From Antedon mediterranea (taxonomy: Eukaryota > Animalia > Echinodermata): a DNA stretch of 64,000 nt. Positions 62,708 through 64,000 of this stretch are shown piece by piece (the first letter of the stretch is position 1; each line of letters starts with the position of its first letter). The translations under genes were made by a program, and so were the position numbers. Location: contig NC_092670.1 in NCBI RefSeq assembly GCF_964355755.1, forward strand, positions 8,732,201 through 8,796,200, read 5' to 3'. The notes under the pieces are model-generated. The model was not told where the DNA came from, made no database searches, and worked only from the letters and a program-made list of their open reading frames with translations.

Positions 62708-63710
62708 AAGAGCAATATTATTATTTATTTATAGTAAACAAAAGATTACTGCAAGAACTTAGAGAAAACCTGCAGTAGATACGGGTCTTTTAGTTATTAG
62801 AGAGTACGTGTATTTGATTGGTTATTGATGAATCATTGTATATGAATAATAACAGGGCATTCAATGTAAATATAATTTTTATCAAAACGGATATGCATTT
62901 CAGACCTAGAGTAGGCCTAGTGGGATAATTTGGTTCCCACTGTAGAAGAACAATCCAGTCGCAACGCAATGGTACAACGTCGTCGAAAGAAAAAATAGAA
63001 TCGTCATTTTTATTGCAACGCACGTAGTTAAGTTCGTTCCCACTTGTGAAACACAATGTAATGTTTTTACGTCACATTGCGTCATCAATATGTTGCGTCA
63101 GTGTTCTTACATTCCTAGTGGGAACCAAGCTTTACTGATGATTGAACGAATACTACGCTACGTTGTTTAATTCACATGTGACGTATTTTAATTATTTTGT
63201 TCCAAACGTTTGTTACCGGGATAATAAGGCCAGACAATGAGTATGTATCATTGTATGTGTTTTTCTAGGCCCGACTAAGCCGAATTTATTTATATATCTT
63301 AAGAGATTTTATAAGTAAACCGACATAAAAATTATTTAACTATTGTGCGAATAGCAAACTAATAAATTGCTTTATTTATTTTTATTTTATAAAGTTTACA
63401 TTTCCGTAGTTGATGTGTTATTAAGGCTGAATTTAGCTTGTTGTTATTATATACTATCTGTTAATTAGTAAAATATTAAGGCTGTACTATTTTGAGCAGA
63501 ACACCAGGACCCAACCAAATATCCAGGAGGTGTCCCCCTGGAGTAAGGGTTGTATGTAGTGTTAAAACATAATACTGTATATTGTGCCTTGTATGCAAAA
63601 GGCCGTAGACGCGAATTGACCAATCACAAGCGATAGTTAGAATAATCCATCGCTTGTGATTGGCCAAATCACTTGCGTTGCATTGCGTCGTAGTGAGAAC
63701 CAAGGGTTAA

Positions 63711-63889
63711 AGCTTGGTTCCCACTAGAACGTAACACAAGGACGTAAACGCAACGCAAGCGTTTTAACCAATGACAAGCGAAGTTATAGACAGTTAGCAA
63801 TCACAAGCGAATAAGCCATCGCTTGTGATTGGTCAATTCACTTGCGTTGCGTTACGTCCTTGTGTTGCGTCGCTAGTGGGAACCACGTT
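63711..63889. mobile_element. Harbinger-type MITE, family B
   Basis: TIR AGCTTGGTTCCCACTAG with TAA TSD. Related copies at ~62928-63131, ~63600-63707 and ~50780-50960. Confidence 0.82.
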
Positions 63890-64000
63890 TAATAGGGAGT
63901 GTCCCATGGATAAGCATGTCCCAACTGAGGGGTTCTGCTGTATGTTATAGGGTTATTGACAGTGTTACAGATGCCTTTTTTGTTGTTTTGTGTGTGAACA

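Overview
AT-rich eukaryotic DNA with spliceosomal introns, probably from a marine invertebrate (a non-vertebrate deuterostome such as an echinoderm is inferred from the repeat content, not proven). Host genes: two tandem minus-strand cGAS-like receptor (cGLR/Mab-21 nucleotidyltransferase) genes with intact catalytic motifs, two tandem Sulfotransfer_2 (CHST8-14-like) carbohydrate sulfotransferase genes plus a relic, and a plus-strand type I membrane glycoprotein with a PTNATL stalk. The rest is repeats. These include an 88-bp palindromic satellite, a 9.7-kb 56-bp satellite varying at essentially three biallelic sites, a MULE-like MITE with 10-bp TSD, and a Deu/Nin-domain tRNA-SINE. LINEs of RTEX-, Crack- and L2-type are present, along with an Academ-like foldback element and several MITE families. 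A nested stack sits inside a sulfotransferase intron: a decayed Transib (RAG1-like, 23-RSS-like ends) and a LINE both lie within a MADF-encoding Harbinger-like element. Both tandem gene pairs show patchy identity suggestive of gene conversion. All alignments and counts were made by eye.
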